Source: an uncultured Lentisphaera sp.
GTDB taxonomy: Bacteria > Verrucomicrobiota > Lentisphaeria > Victivallales > GWF2-50-93
Assembly: GCA_964426675.1 (NCBI GenBank)
Contig: CAYRRM010000002.1
Span: 1 to 64,000, forward strand
Length of the DNA stretch: 64,000 nt
Direction of reading: 5' to 3'
Numbering within the stretch: the stretch's first letter is position 1; each line of letters opens with the position of its first letter. Made by a program: the position numbers and the translations under genes. Under the pieces are notes generated by a model, which worked only from the letters and a program-made list of their open reading frames with translations, searched no databases and was not told the origin of the DNA. This document shows positions 1-10,064 of the stretch, piece by piece.

Positions 1-26
1 TTTTAAATTCCCCCCAGAATACCAAT

Positions 27-116
27 TGGCGGAGAGAGAGGGATTCGAACCCCCGATACGGTTACCCGTATACAGCATTTCCAATGCTGCGCCTTCGACC
101 GCTCGGCCATCTCTCC
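27..116 (-). tRNA. tRNA-Ser (anticodon GGA), 90 nt with long variable arm
   Basis: The reverse complement reads GGAGAGATGGCCGAGCGGTCGAAGGCGC...GGGTTCGAATCCCTCTCTCTCCGCCA. The anticodon loop is tTGGAAa and the CCA is encoded. Confidence 0.9.
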
Positions 117-133
117 ATATGCAGGGATTATTA

Positions 134-220
134 TGGTGCCGGAGGAGGGACTCGAACCCTCATGCCCTTGCGGGCGCCAGATTTTGAGTCTGGTGCGTCT
201 GCCAATTCCACCACTCCGGC
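134..220 (-). tRNA. tRNA-Leu (anticodon CAA), 87 nt
   Basis: The reverse complement reads GCCGGAGTGGTGGAATTGGCAGACGCACCAGACTCAAAATCTGG...GGGTTCGAGTCCCTCCTCCGGCACCA, with a long variable arm. Confidence 0.9.
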
Positions 221-371
221 AATAAAAAACCCATTAATATAATTCACAGATTATAAATTAAAAGCAATGGAAATCTGAAAAATTTTCATTATTTTTTTTT
301 TTGAACTGTAAAAATAAATAATTCAATGTAAAATATAAAAAAATCAATTAAGAAAATCCTGGAGGCATGTA

Positions 372-1628
372 GTGTCAAAGTATAATAAGATAAAAGTTCC
401 TTTAGATGGGGAGAAGATAAAAATTAACTCAAAGGGGCAGTTGCTTGTTCCTGATAAACCGATAATAGCTTTTATAGAAGGGGATGGTATTGGTTCTGAT
501 ATCACTCGCGCCAGTATGATGATATGGAATGCGGCAGTTGAAAAGGCTTATTCGGGAAAAAAGAATGTGGCGTGGATGGAAATCTATGCTGGTGAAAAAG
601 CAAATAAAGTTTATGGAGAAGAGATATGGTTACCACAGGAAACTCTTGACGCCATTAGTGAGTATCTTATAGCTATAAAAGGTCCGCTTACGACTCCTAT
701 TGGAGGTGGAATAAGGTCTTTAAATGTAGCATTAAGGCAAAAACTTGACCTTTATGTTTGTTTACGCCCTGTAAAATACTTTAAAGGTGTTCCTTCTCCT
801 GTAAAGGCTCCGGAAAAAACTGATATGGTTGTATTCCGTGAAAATTCAGAAGATATTTATGCTGGTATTGAATGGAAAGCCGGGAGCCCTGAAGCTGAAA
901 AAGTAATATCATTTCTACAAAATGAAATGGGAGTGAAAAATATAAGATTTTCGCAGAATTGTGGTATAGGAGTAAAACCTATTTCAAAAGAAGGCACGGA
1001 AAGACTTGTCCGTGCTGCTCTTAATTATGCAATATCTCAGAAAAGACGCAGTGTGACGATTGTTCATAAAGGGAATATTATGAAATATACCGAGGGAGCA
1101 TTTAAAGAATGGGCCTATAACATTGTCAGAACAGAATTTTCTGATAGAGCTGTTGTAGCCGAAGATTGCAATTGGAAGGCTCCAGAGGGAAAAATTCTTG
1201 TAAAAGATTGTATTTGTGATGCATTTCTTCAACAAATTTTAACCCGTCCTGATGAATATGATGTAATAGCAACAATGAACTTAAATGGGGATTACATTTC
1301 GGATGCTCTTGCCGCGTGTGTTGGAGGTATAGGTATTGCTCCCGGAGCAAATATAAATTATCTTTCAGGGCATGCAGTATTTGAGGCTACTCATGGCACA
1401 GCACCGAAGTATGCCGGGCTTGATAAAGTAAATCCATCTTCACTTGTTCTTTCAGGAGAGATGATGTTTCGACATATTGGCTGGAATGAAGCCGCAAATT
1501 TAATTATTAAAGGCATAGAAAACGCGATTAAAGATAAAGTCGTTACGTATGATTTTGCCAGATTAATGGATGGAGCAAAAGAAGTATCTTGCTCTAATTT
1601 TGCAAGGGCAGTAGTTGAGAGAATGTAA
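372..1628 (+). CDS. icd: NADP-dependent isocitrate dehydrogenase
   Basis: The 418-aa product aligns over its whole length with prokaryotic Icd ([45 protein letters not shown]). The start is GTG, with a GGAGG RBS 6 nt upstream. Confidence 0.95.
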   Translation: MSKYNKIKVPLDGEKIKINSKGQLLVPDKPIIAFIEGDGIGSDITRASMMIWNAAVEKAYSGKKNVAWMEIYAGEKANKVYGEEIWLPQETLDAISEYLIAIKGPLTTPIGGGIRSLNVALRQKLDLYVCLRPVKYFKGVPSPVKAPEKTDMVVFRENSEDIYAGIEWKAGSPEAEKVISFLQNEMGVKNIRFSQNCGIGVKPISKEGTERLVRAALNYAISQKRRSVTIVHKGNIMKYTEGAFKEWAYNIVRTEFSDRAVVAEDCNWKAPEGKILVKDCICDAFLQQILTRPDEYDVIATMNLNGDYISDALAACVGGIGIAPGANINYLSGHAVFEATHGTAPKYAGLDKVNPSSLVLSGEMMFRHIGWNEAANLIIKGIENAIKDKVVTYDFARLMDGAKEVSCSNFARAVVERM

Positions 1629-1649
1629 TTTTTCTGTGCCTCATTTTTT

Positions 1650-3323
1650 ATGGAGGCAATGATGGAGAAAATAGAGAGTTTTATTGAGAGGAATAGTCTC
1701 AAATGGTTCTTCTTTATTTTCTTTATAGCTATTTTCTTTAGGATTTTTAATATTTCAGTTCCAAGTTTATGGACTGATGAGATTTCAACTCTATGGGTAT
1801 CATCGGCACCAGGTCTTAAAGATGTCTGGGAAAGAGCTTCTGCAACTCAAGGAATGCACCCCCTGTATTTCTTGCTTCAGCACATAGTAATTTCCTTTTT
1901 GCCAGAGTCTGAAACTGTTATCAGAGGGATTTCGTGTACGGCATCAATAATTTCCGTTTTTTTAATATTCTGGTTAGCAAAAATTATTTTTAATGATGAA
2001 ATTCGGCCACTTATTTCGGCTGCGATTTTCGCAATACATTCTGAAGCAATTTATTACGCCCAGGAAGCGCGTCCTTATGCTCTGGCAATGATGTTTGCAC
2101 TTTCTTCAATGATATCATTTTTTGGTTTAAGAAAAAAAGAAAAATTTCTCTGGATATCAACTTTGTATGTGTTTTTTACTGTCCTTACTGTTTACATGCA
2201 TTATACTTTTGCCTCTCTATTGCTTTTTCAAAATATTTTCATTATTCTGACTTCTTTTGTAAGAAGATTTCGAGATGATGAGAGCTTTTCATTAAAAATC
2301 CCTTTAAAGAATTGGATTATACTTCAGTTAATATGCGTTTTTCTTATAGCTTTATCTTTTGCACACATAAATTCTCTTTATCATTCGCGTAATGCTATGA
2401 CTTGGATAAGAGACCTGGACTTTCAGGAGGCTGTGACTTTATTTATTTCAATGTTTGACTTAAAAATAATAATAATAATGTTTTGTGTTTCTATTATTTT
2501 TTATTTTTTTGAAAAGGTAAGCTTCCTGGACATATTGAAACGACTTGAATTTAAACCTTCTTTTATTTTGCTTATATGGCTTCTTTCTACGTTCATTTTT
2601 ATTTTTTCTGTATCAAAGATTCTGAAAACGCCCTTATTTGATCCCAGATATATGTTATTTGCTATGCCTGCTTATTACCTTTTACTTGCAAATTTTCTTG
2701 ATATTTTTAGAAGTGATATTTTAAGAACATCTTTTCCGGGGACATATTTTATAGTTTATCTTGGTCTTATATCAACTCCTCTTTATGCTGACAATGGTAG
2801 TTTTTGCAATAGGATACAGCATGATTGGAAAAGAGCGCTTCTTCACATACGCGCAAATTATCAACCAGATGATGCTATTCTCCTCAGGTATGGAGAGATA
2901 AAAGAAAACTGGATTCCTGATGACCCCAATATATTGATAAAGGAATATGTATCTGCTCCTTTCAGAATATTCTACTGGAAAAAAGGCAGTAATGAAGAAT
3001 TACCCCCTATTTTCAATCTTACATTTATTTGGGATAAAAGATTTTACCCATATTATGATAAAATTTTTAATGAATTATGCAAGCATAAAAGAGTATGGTT
3101 AATCGGTGTAAACCCACCCAATACTAACTATAAAATTCAATCCGTCGCAAAGTTTATGTGCGATGAGTTCTCTTTTAATAAAGTATGGGAATCTGATTTT
3201 TCCGGACTTTATCTTTGCTTATTAGAATCAAATCCAATTTTAAGGCAAAAATACCTCATACCTTCATATTATAAGGAGATCAGAGAAGAAATAAAAAAAC
3301 AAAAAAAGATGGAAAATAAATGA
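1650..3323 (+). CDS. GT-C family membrane glycosyltransferase (ArnT/PMT, GT39/83-like)
   Basis: The 557-aa polytopic membrane protein has an N-terminal periplasmic-loop DE motif (WTDEIST) typical of ArnT/PMT-type lipid-linked sugar transferases. The start codon is ambiguous, with ATG at 1650, 1662 or 1665. Confidence 0.55.
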   Translation: MEAMMEKIESFIERNSLKWFFFIFFIAIFFRIFNISVPSLWTDEISTLWVSSAPGLKDVWERASATQGMHPLYFLLQHIVISFLPESETVIRGISCTASIISVFLIFWLAKIIFNDEIRPLISAAIFAIHSEAIYYAQEARPYALAMMFALSSMISFFGLRKKEKFLWISTLYVFFTVLTVYMHYTFASLLLFQNIFIILTSFVRRFRDDESFSLKIPLKNWIILQLICVFLIALSFAHINSLYHSRNAMTWIRDLDFQEAVTLFISMFDLKIIIIMFCVSIIFYFFEKVSFLDILKRLEFKPSFILLIWLLSTFIFIFSVSKILKTPLFDPRYMLFAMPAYYLLLANFLDIFRSDILRTSFPGTYFIVYLGLISTPLYADNGSFCNRIQHDWKRALLHIRANYQPDDAILLRYGEIKENWIPDDPNILIKEYVSAPFRIFYWKKGSNEELPPIFNLTFIWDKRFYPYYDKIFNELCKHKRVWLIGVNPPNTNYKIQSVAKFMCDEFSFNKVWESDFSGLYLCLLESNPILRQKYLIPSYYKEIREEIKKQKKMENK

Positions 3324-4438
3324 AAGAAATAGTAACACCATATTACTTAATTGATGAGAAAAAATTGATGAAAAATATGAAAATCATCAAATATATCCGG
3401 GAAAAGTCAGGAGCAAAATCATTATTAGCATTGAAATGCTTTTCGACCTGGGGAGTCTTTCCATTAATGAGCAAATACATGGATGGAACAACAAGCAGTT
3501 CCCTCTTTGAAGCAAAGCTCGGTTTTGAAGAATTTGGCAAAGAAACTCATGCTTATAGTGTTGCCTATCCAGAAGATGAAATCTTAGAACTTGCGAAATT
3601 TGCCGATAAGATAATTTTCAATTCTGCATCGCAATTGTTTAGATATAAAAAATTCGTGAAGGGAAAAAACATTGGCGTAAGAGTTAATCCCGGAATAAGC
3701 TATTCCCACTTTGACCTTGCAAATCCAGCAAGAAGATATTCAAGACTTGGCATTCAAGATATAAAAACATTACGGACAATTTTACCTGAAATCAGTGGTT
3801 TAATGTTCCATTTCAATTGTGAAAATGATGATTTTGCGAATTTCGCAAGGTCGATTGATTTTATAGGGGAAAAATATGCATTTGCATTGAAAAAAGTCTC
3901 CTGGATAAGTCTCGGAGGTGGAATTTATTTCTCAAAGAAAGGGTATCCTTTAAATGCTTTTTGCAAGAAATTAAAAGATTTTTCTAAAAAATTTGAATTA
4001 CAGATTTATCTTGAACCTGGAGAATCATCAATTACAAATATCGCAGAACTTGTATGCACTGTAGTAGATATAGTAAAAAATAAAATAAACATAGCCATAG
4101 TAGATGCCTCAACTGAAGCCCATATGCTTGACTTGCTTATCTACAGAATACCTGCGAAAATCGCAAAACCAAAACTTAATGGTAAACACCAATTTATGAT
4201 TGCAGGGCGTTCTTGTCTTGCAGGTGATATATTCGGGACTTATAAATTTAAAAACCCCCTCAAAGTTGGAGATAAAATACACTTTGCGGATGCTGCAGGA
4301 TACACAATGGTAAAAAAGAATTGGTTCAATGGGCTTCCAATGCCTTCAATAGTGGTAAAAAGACTTAATAATTCGTTTGATGTTGTAAAACAATTTTCCT
4401 ATAATGACTTTAAGAACGCACTTGGCATTGAGAAATAA
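3320..4438 (+). CDS. nspC: carboxynorspermidine/carboxyspermidine decarboxylase
   Basis: The N-terminus TPYYLIDEKKL...LLALKCFSTWGVFPLMSKYMDGTTSSSLFEAKLG matches the NspC/CANSDC family. Its stop overlaps the previous gene. Confidence 0.85.
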   Translation: MKEIVTPYYLIDEKKLMKNMKIIKYIREKSGAKSLLALKCFSTWGVFPLMSKYMDGTTSSSLFEAKLGFEEFGKETHAYSVAYPEDEILELAKFADKIIFNSASQLFRYKKFVKGKNIGVRVNPGISYSHFDLANPARRYSRLGIQDIKTLRTILPEISGLMFHFNCENDDFANFARSIDFIGEKYAFALKKVSWISLGGGIYFSKKGYPLNAFCKKLKDFSKKFELQIYLEPGESSITNIAELVCTVVDIVKNKINIAIVDASTEAHMLDLLIYRIPAKIAKPKLNGKHQFMIAGRSCLAGDIFGTYKFKNPLKVGDKIHFADAAGYTMVKKNWFNGLPMPSIVVKRLNNSFDVVKQFSYNDFKNALGIEK

Positions 4439-4540
4439 AAATTATCATTTTTCTTTCTTTGATATTTTTTTATTGGAAATAAAATATTTTTCTGATATAT
4501 TCCCTATCTCTAATGAAGTGAAAAATGGAGAAAACGCACA

Positions 4541-5737
4541 ATGAGCAAAATAAAAGTTGATCATGTTTTTACTTCTGAGTCAGTCTCAGAAGGACACCCG
4601 GATAAAGTTTGTGACCAGATTTCGGATGCAATTTTAGATGCATGTTTAAAAGATGATCCGGATAGTCGTGTTGCTTGCGAAACACTTGCTACAACTGATT
4701 TAATAGTAATTTCAGGTGAAATAACTACGAAATCATTTGTTGATTGGGATGCTGTAGCAAGAAAGGTTGTAGCAGATATTGGATATACTGATAGAACAAT
4801 TGGTTTTTCAGCTGAAGATTGTAAAGTAATGATGTGCATTCATAAACAATCTCCCGATATATCTCAAGGAGTAACAGAAGGACAGGGTCTTTACAAGGAG
4901 CAGGGTGCAGGAGATCAGGGGATGATGTTTGGTTATGCGAGTAATGAAACTCCAGAACTGATGCCAGCTCCAATAATTTTTGCCCATCAGCTTGTTGAAG
5001 AATTTGCAAGATTAAGAAAAAATAATCCTAAAAAATATTATTTTCTCAGACCTGATTCCAAAAGTCAGGTATCTATAAGATATAAAAATGGAAAGCCGGA
5101 AAGAGTAGAAACAATAGTCCTTTCTCATCAACATACTCCAGATATGAAAAGAACACAACTTGAATCATTAGTCAAAGAAGTATCTAAGAAAATTATTTCC
5201 AAAGAACTTATGAAAGATAAGGTTAAATACTATGTAAATCCCACGGGAAAATTTGAGTTTGGAGGACCACATGCCGATACAGGACTTACTGGCAGAAAAA
5301 TAATAGTTGATACATATGGAGGTGTTGGGTCTCATGGGGGAGGAGCTTTTTCTGGAAAAGATCCGAGCAAAGTAGATCGTTCAGCCGCTTATATGTGTAG
5401 ATATATTGCAAAAAATATTGTTGCAGCGGGACTTGCAGAAAAGTGTGAAATACAGGTTGCTTATGCCATCGGTGTAGCAGAACCATTAAGTATTAATGTT
5501 GATACATATGGAACGGGAGCGCTCAAGAGTGATAGTTTATTAGAAAAAGTTGTTCGTAAAGTCTTTGACATGAGACCAGCTGCAATAATAGATACTCTAA
5601 AACTCAAATTTCCTCATAAAAATGGATGGTCCTATCAACAAACAGCCGCGTATGGTCATTTTGGACGCAACATCTTCCCATGGGAAAAAGTAAATAAAGT
5701 AAAAGAACTTCAGGCAGAAGCAAAAAAACTAAGTTAA
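4541..5737 (+). CDS. metK: S-adenosylmethionine synthetase
   Basis: [27 protein letters not shown]...[10 protein letters not shown] is the MetK signature. The product is 398 aa. Confidence 0.95.
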   Translation: MSKIKVDHVFTSESVSEGHPDKVCDQISDAILDACLKDDPDSRVACETLATTDLIVISGEITTKSFVDWDAVARKVVADIGYTDRTIGFSAEDCKVMMCIHKQSPDISQGVTEGQGLYKEQGAGDQGMMFGYASNETPELMPAPIIFAHQLVEEFARLRKNNPKKYYFLRPDSKSQVSIRYKNGKPERVETIVLSHQHTPDMKRTQLESLVKEVSKKIISKELMKDKVKYYVNPTGKFEFGGPHADTGLTGRKIIVDTYGGVGSHGGGAFSGKDPSKVDRSAAYMCRYIAKNIVAAGLAEKCEIQVAYAIGVAEPLSINVDTYGTGALKSDSLLEKVVRKVFDMRPAAIIDTLKLKFPHKNGWSYQQTAAYGHFGRNIFPWEKVNKVKELQAEAKKLS

Positions 5738-5787
5738 GGAATCTTTATATCAGCAAATTATAAAGCTCCTTTTCTACAAGAATTTTA

Positions 5788-6807
5788 ATGAAGACGGATC
5801 CTATAATTGAGCAAAAAGTTATCGGAGTGGGCTCTCCCATCCTCGATATAATAGTCTCTGTAGATGATGATTTTATTGAAAAAAAAGCTGGAGGAGGGAA
5901 AGGGGGTTCTGTAATGATTTCGGCTGCTGAATTTAATAAAATACTCGACTTGATAAAAACTGATAAAAAAATTGCTCCAGGCGGCTCTGCCGCAAATACT
6001 ATATTTGGTTTGACAAAACTCGGAGTACAAACAGAATTCTTAGGTGCTGTTGGGGAAGATGATGAAGGAAAATTTTACTGTGAACGATATAAAAAAATGG
6101 GAGGAAACCCTTTAAAAATAAGAGTTAAAAAGGATTTTCCTACAGGCAGATGTCTTTGTATGATATCTCCAGATTCACAGCGTACTATGCGAACCGACCT
6201 TGGCGCGGCAATAAGTCTCTCTGCTGATGAAGTAAATGAATGCGATTTTGAAGGACTCTCTCATCTCCATGTGGAAGGATATATGCTTTTTAACGATGCT
6301 CTATCATTAAAAATCCTCAGACTTGCTAAAAATTGCGGGCTTCGCATAAGTTTGGATTTGTCAAGTTTCGAGGTTGTTAGAGCATTTAAAAATCTTTGTG
6401 AAATTCTTTCCGACTATGTCGATATAGTTTTTGCTAACGAGGATGAGGCTGCTGAATTTACAAACGGGAAAAAACCAGAGGAGGCTCTAAATAAATTATC
6501 AGAATTATGCGAGATAGCTGTTGTAAAACTTGGTAAAGAAGGAGCTATCATAAGAAGTAAAAAAGACTTTTGCAAAGTTCCTGCAAAGATTGTTGATGCT
6601 GTTGATACAACCGGCGCTGGAGATATGTGGGCAACAGGATTTCTCTATGGAATATTTAAAGGTAAATCTCTCTATGAGGCAGGAACTTATGGAGCTATCG
6701 TAAGTTCAGAAGTCGTCAAAATTTTTGGAGCAGATATTTCTGAAAAACAATGGAGGAAGATAATAAAAACCATTAAAGCAATAGCCGAAAATGAAAAAGG
6801 AAGTTAA
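5788..6807 (+). CDS. PfkB-family carbohydrate/nucleoside kinase (adenosine-kinase-like)
   Basis: An N-terminal GG motif (APGGSAANT) and a C-terminal DTTGAGD anion hole match the PfkB family. Confidence 0.75.
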   Translation: MKTDPIIEQKVIGVGSPILDIIVSVDDDFIEKKAGGGKGGSVMISAAEFNKILDLIKTDKKIAPGGSAANTIFGLTKLGVQTEFLGAVGEDDEGKFYCERYKKMGGNPLKIRVKKDFPTGRCLCMISPDSQRTMRTDLGAAISLSADEVNECDFEGLSHLHVEGYMLFNDALSLKILRLAKNCGLRISLDLSSFEVVRAFKNLCEILSDYVDIVFANEDEAAEFTNGKKPEEALNKLSELCEIAVVKLGKEGAIIRSKKDFCKVPAKIVDAVDTTGAGDMWATGFLYGIFKGKSLYEAGTYGAIVSSEVVKIFGADISEKQWRKIIKTIKAIAENEKGS

Positions 6808-8344
6808 ATTAAACTGCATATTTGAAGTAGGTTTTCATAGTGAAAGAGAATATCAAAATCCCCCTTTCGAAAATGAATTAATAGCAGAGTTTTACTCTCC
6901 ATCAGGTAAAATTCTAAAAATCAGAGGCTTCTGGGATGGAAAAAGAAAATGGAAATTACGTTTTTCCCCAGATGAAATTGGACAATGGGAGTGGAAAACT
7001 TTTCCAGTTAACCTCGACAATGGACTTATAAAATCAGGTTCTTTTATATGTAATCAATATACAGGGAAAAATCCTGTTTATAAAAATGGTTCTTTAAAAA
7101 TTTCTAAAAATGGTTTTTATATTTCATACCAAAGTGAAGAGCCATTTTTTTGGCTTGGAGATACTGCATGGAATGGCGTAATACGCGGGGATGACAATAA
7201 TTGGCAAAAATACCTAAGAATTAGAAGAAAGCAGAAATTCAATGTAATACAATTTGTTGCTTGTCATTGGCGTGGCGATAGTGAAGATGAATTTGGAGAA
7301 AAGGCCTGTGATGATGAAGTATCTCCAATAAAGATAAACCCACGATTTTTTCAAAGAATTGATAAACGCATTTTCATGATAAATAAGTCTGGATTATATG
7401 CAGCGCCAGTAATATTATGGACACTCCTTGAAACCGATATTGGTCAAAAGTTATCTGAAGAAGATGCTATATTGTTGGCAAAATATATAGTTGCGAGATA
7501 TGATGCATGTCAATGCGTCTGGTTGCTTGGGGGGGATGGAGATTATCAAAAAATAGGTATTGAAAGATGGAAACGAATAGGAAGAGAAGTTTTTAAATTT
7601 TCCCATAAACGCCTTGCTACACTTCATCCATGTGGTCAAAACTGGGTTGGAGAAGAATTTCGTTCTGAAGATTGGTATAGTTTTATTGGTTATCAATCCG
7701 GGCATGGAGATAGTGATGAACATATTTCCTGGTTAGTGAAAGGTCCTCCTTCTCTAATGTGGAAGCATCAAATTCAGAAACCCGTAATTAATTTGGAACC
7801 AAACTATGAGAATGCCATTGCTTATCATCATCGCACACGTTTTAATGCTTACCATGTAAGACGCGCAGCATATTGGAGTTTATTCGTAAGCCCTCCTGCA
7901 GGAATTACCTATGGGCATGATTCTATATGGAATTGGAATTTTGAAACAGGACCAAGTGAAGGACATGGAAACTGGGGGGATAGATTAATAGAACCGTGGT
8001 ACATAGGACTTGAGACTGAAGGAATTTCTTCTATGACTTTAATGAAAAAAATAATAGAAAAGTTCAAATGGCATACCTTTAAACCTTTTAATGCGATATT
8101 AATGGAACAACCTGGCGATACAGATCCTAAAAAATTTATTGCTATTGTAAAATCTGAAGACAACATCGTTTTAGCTTATCTTCCCTGTGGAGGTGAACTT
8201 AAATTAAAGCCTGATATTAAAGTAACTGAAGTTTATTTAATAAACCCTGAAAACGGAAAAAAAACTAAAGTAAAGCAGGGAAATAATAACTTAATAAAAA
8301 CTTATCAAGAAAAAGATTGTCTCGTCACATTTAAAATGGCATAA
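6791..8344 (+). CDS. DUF5060/DUF4038-type putative glycoside hydrolase (GH140-like)
   Basis: The 517-aa product has an N-terminal Ig-like module followed by a TIM-barrel-like region. The family assignment is from memory of this architecture. Confidence 0.45.
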   Translation: MKKEVKLNCIFEVGFHSEREYQNPPFENELIAEFYSPSGKILKIRGFWDGKRKWKLRFSPDEIGQWEWKTFPVNLDNGLIKSGSFICNQYTGKNPVYKNGSLKISKNGFYISYQSEEPFFWLGDTAWNGVIRGDDNNWQKYLRIRRKQKFNVIQFVACHWRGDSEDEFGEKACDDEVSPIKINPRFFQRIDKRIFMINKSGLYAAPVILWTLLETDIGQKLSEEDAILLAKYIVARYDACQCVWLLGGDGDYQKIGIERWKRIGREVFKFSHKRLATLHPCGQNWVGEEFRSEDWYSFIGYQSGHGDSDEHISWLVKGPPSLMWKHQIQKPVINLEPNYENAIAYHHRTRFNAYHVRRAAYWSLFVSPPAGITYGHDSIWNWNFETGPSEGHGNWGDRLIEPWYIGLETEGISSMTLMKKIIEKFKWHTFKPFNAILMEQPGDTDPKKFIAIVKSEDNIVLAYLPCGGELKLKPDIKVTEVYLINPENGKKTKVKQGNNNLIKTYQEKDCLVTFKMA

Positions 8345-9116
8345 TATTTTTTGCTTTAAATTTATCCCTTACTCCATCGAATATTTTACTTTTTACAATA
8401 CCAATTTTGTCTAATCTATAGCAAAGACCTGTCCATAAACATCCTAAACCATATTTTATACTCCGACTAAAATTTATTGAAGATGCTTCTGGAAAATATT
8501 TTGTAGGACAACTTATTTCAGCAATTTTATAACCAAGATATAATATTTGGCAAAGCATTTGATTGTCAAAAACAAAATCGTCTGAATTATATGTGAAATC
8601 TATTTTTTGCAGTAATTCCCTTGAAAAAGCTCTATAGCCTGTGTGATATTCAGATAATTTTGCTCCTGTAAATATGTTTTCTACAAACGTTAAAAAACGA
8701 TTAGAAATATATTTGTAAAGAGGCATACCGCCTTGAATTGCATAACCGCCTAACATTCTTGAACCTAAAACGCAATGATAAAGCTCATTTCCAATTATTG
8801 AGACCATAGCTGGAATTAATTTAGGTGTATACTGATAATCAGGATGCACCATAATTATTATATCAGCACCAGCCTCAAGAGCCGCTTTATAGCATGTTTT
8901 TTGATTGGCTCCATATCCCTTGTTTTTGTCATGAGTTATGACTTTTATGCCTCTCAGTTTTTTTGCTAATTCAACTGTTTTATCACTACTTGCATCATCC
9001 ACAAGAATAATATAATCCACATAATCTTGCTGAACGATTTCATTGTAAGTGGCTTTAAGAGTTTTTTCCGCATTATAAGCAGGCAGGACAATAAGAACTT
9101 TTTTATTTTTATACAT
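8331..9116 (-). CDS. GT2 polyprenol-phosphate glycosyltransferase (DPM1/ArnC-like)
   Basis: VLIVLPAYNAEKTL...ILVDDASSDKT...DxD region is present and the size is 261 aa. Confidence 0.8.
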   Translation of the reverse strand: MYKNKKVLIVLPAYNAEKTLKATYNEIVQQDYVDYIILVDDASSDKTVELAKKLRGIKVITHDKNKGYGANQKTCYKAALEAGADIIIMVHPDYQYTPKLIPAMVSIIGNELYHCVLGSRMLGGYAIQGGMPLYKYISNRFLTFVENIFTGAKLSEYHTGYRAFSRELLQKIDFTYNSDDFVFDNQMLCQILYLGYKIAEISCPTKYFPEASSINFSRSIKYGLGCLWTGLCYRLDKIGIVKSKIFDGVRDKFKAKNIMPF

Positions 9117-9168
9117 TTTATCTATTTATTAATAGTCTTATTTTTGCAGGATTTTATATGTGGTAAAT

Positions 9169-9253
9169 TGGTGGTGGGGGGTGGATTCGAACCACCGAAG
9201 GCATCGCCGGCAGATTTACAGTCTGCTCCATTTGACCGCTCTGGAACCCCACC
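9169..9253 (-). tRNA. tRNA-Tyr (anticodon GTA), 85 nt
   Basis: The reverse complement reads GGTGGGGTTCCAGAGCGGTCAAATGGAGCAGACTGTAAATCTGC...GGTTCGAATCCACCCCCCACCA. Confidence 0.88.
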
Positions 9254-9261
9254 GTATAAAC

Positions 9262-9335
9262 TGGAGCGGGTGAAGGGAATCGAACCCTCACAATCAGCTT
9301 GGAAGGCTGATGTTCTACCATTGAACTACACCCGC
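9262..9335 (-). tRNA. tRNA-Gly (anticodon TCC), 74 nt
   Basis: The reverse complement reads GCGGGTGTAGTTCAATGGTAGAACATCAGCCTTCCAAGCTGATTGTGAGGGTTCGATTCCCTTCACCCGCTCCA. Confidence 0.9.
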
Positions 9336-9461
9336 ATTTTTTCTGAGGTTGTAATTTACATTATTTCAGTGCGTATTCAAACTCTTTTTTTAAAAATATT
9401 TCTTTTACAAAAAGCTTGACTAATTCTTTTTATCTGCTAAATTCAATTTATAAAATAATTT

Positions 9462-10049
9462 GTGTGTGCTAATATGCAATCATTTTTTAATCTTCTTAGT
9501 GGTGACCTCAAATATTATTGGATGCTTGCACTATCAGGAACGGTAATTTTTGTATTTCAGATAATCCTCCTTCTGATTTTTGGCGTAGGTTCTGATACAG
9601 ATGTAGATGCGGATCTAAATGGTATTGATGGAGATATGCATCCAGACACAGATATCGGTGATTTTCGCATAATATCCTTTAGAACCATTGTAGCATTTAT
9701 AACCTTCTTTGGCTGGGGGGGAATTATCTATGGTAAAGGAGGTTGGGGCTCTTTTATTGTTGCTCTAACCTGCGGTATATCTATGATGTTTATAACTGCT
9801 ATACTTATCTTTTATGTGTTAAAGCTTCAGCAAAGCGGAAATATTTACGCAAACGACATAATCGGAAAAACCGGAACGGTTTACCTTAAAATTCCAGCAG
9901 GGAAAAATGAGCATGGAAAAGTGACTGTCTTTACCGGGGCTGGAACACGAGAAGTCCTCGCTATATCAGAAGAGGAAATCCCCAATGGTGCTACAGTAAA
10001 AATAATATCACAAATAGGTCAAAATAAATTTTTAGTTGAAAAAATCTAA
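9462..10049 (+). CDS. NfeD-family membrane protein (YqiJ-like)
   Basis: TM helices are followed by a C-terminal OB-fold-like tail (TGTVYLKIP...KVTVFTGAGTREV). The gene lies immediately upstream of the flotillin gene. Confidence 0.65.
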   Translation: MCANMQSFFNLLSGDLKYYWMLALSGTVIFVFQIILLLIFGVGSDTDVDADLNGIDGDMHPDTDIGDFRIISFRTIVAFITFFGWGGIIYGKGGWGSFIVALTCGISMMFITAILIFYVLKLQQSGNIYANDIIGKTGTVYLKIPAGKNEHGKVTVFTGAGTREVLAISEEEIPNGATVKIISQIGQNKFLVEKI

Positions 10050-10064
10050 ATCAGGAGATTTAAA

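Noticed and set aside
4439-4540. SAM riboswitch in the metK leader
   Set aside because: The leader is about 100 nt, AT-rich, and lacks the conserved SAM-I helices or SAM-II pseudoknot motifs.
9027-9419. 130-aa plus-strand ORF from the six-frame track
   Set aside because: It overlaps the tRNA-Tyr and tRNA-Gly genes completely and has no RBS, so it is a spurious reading frame.
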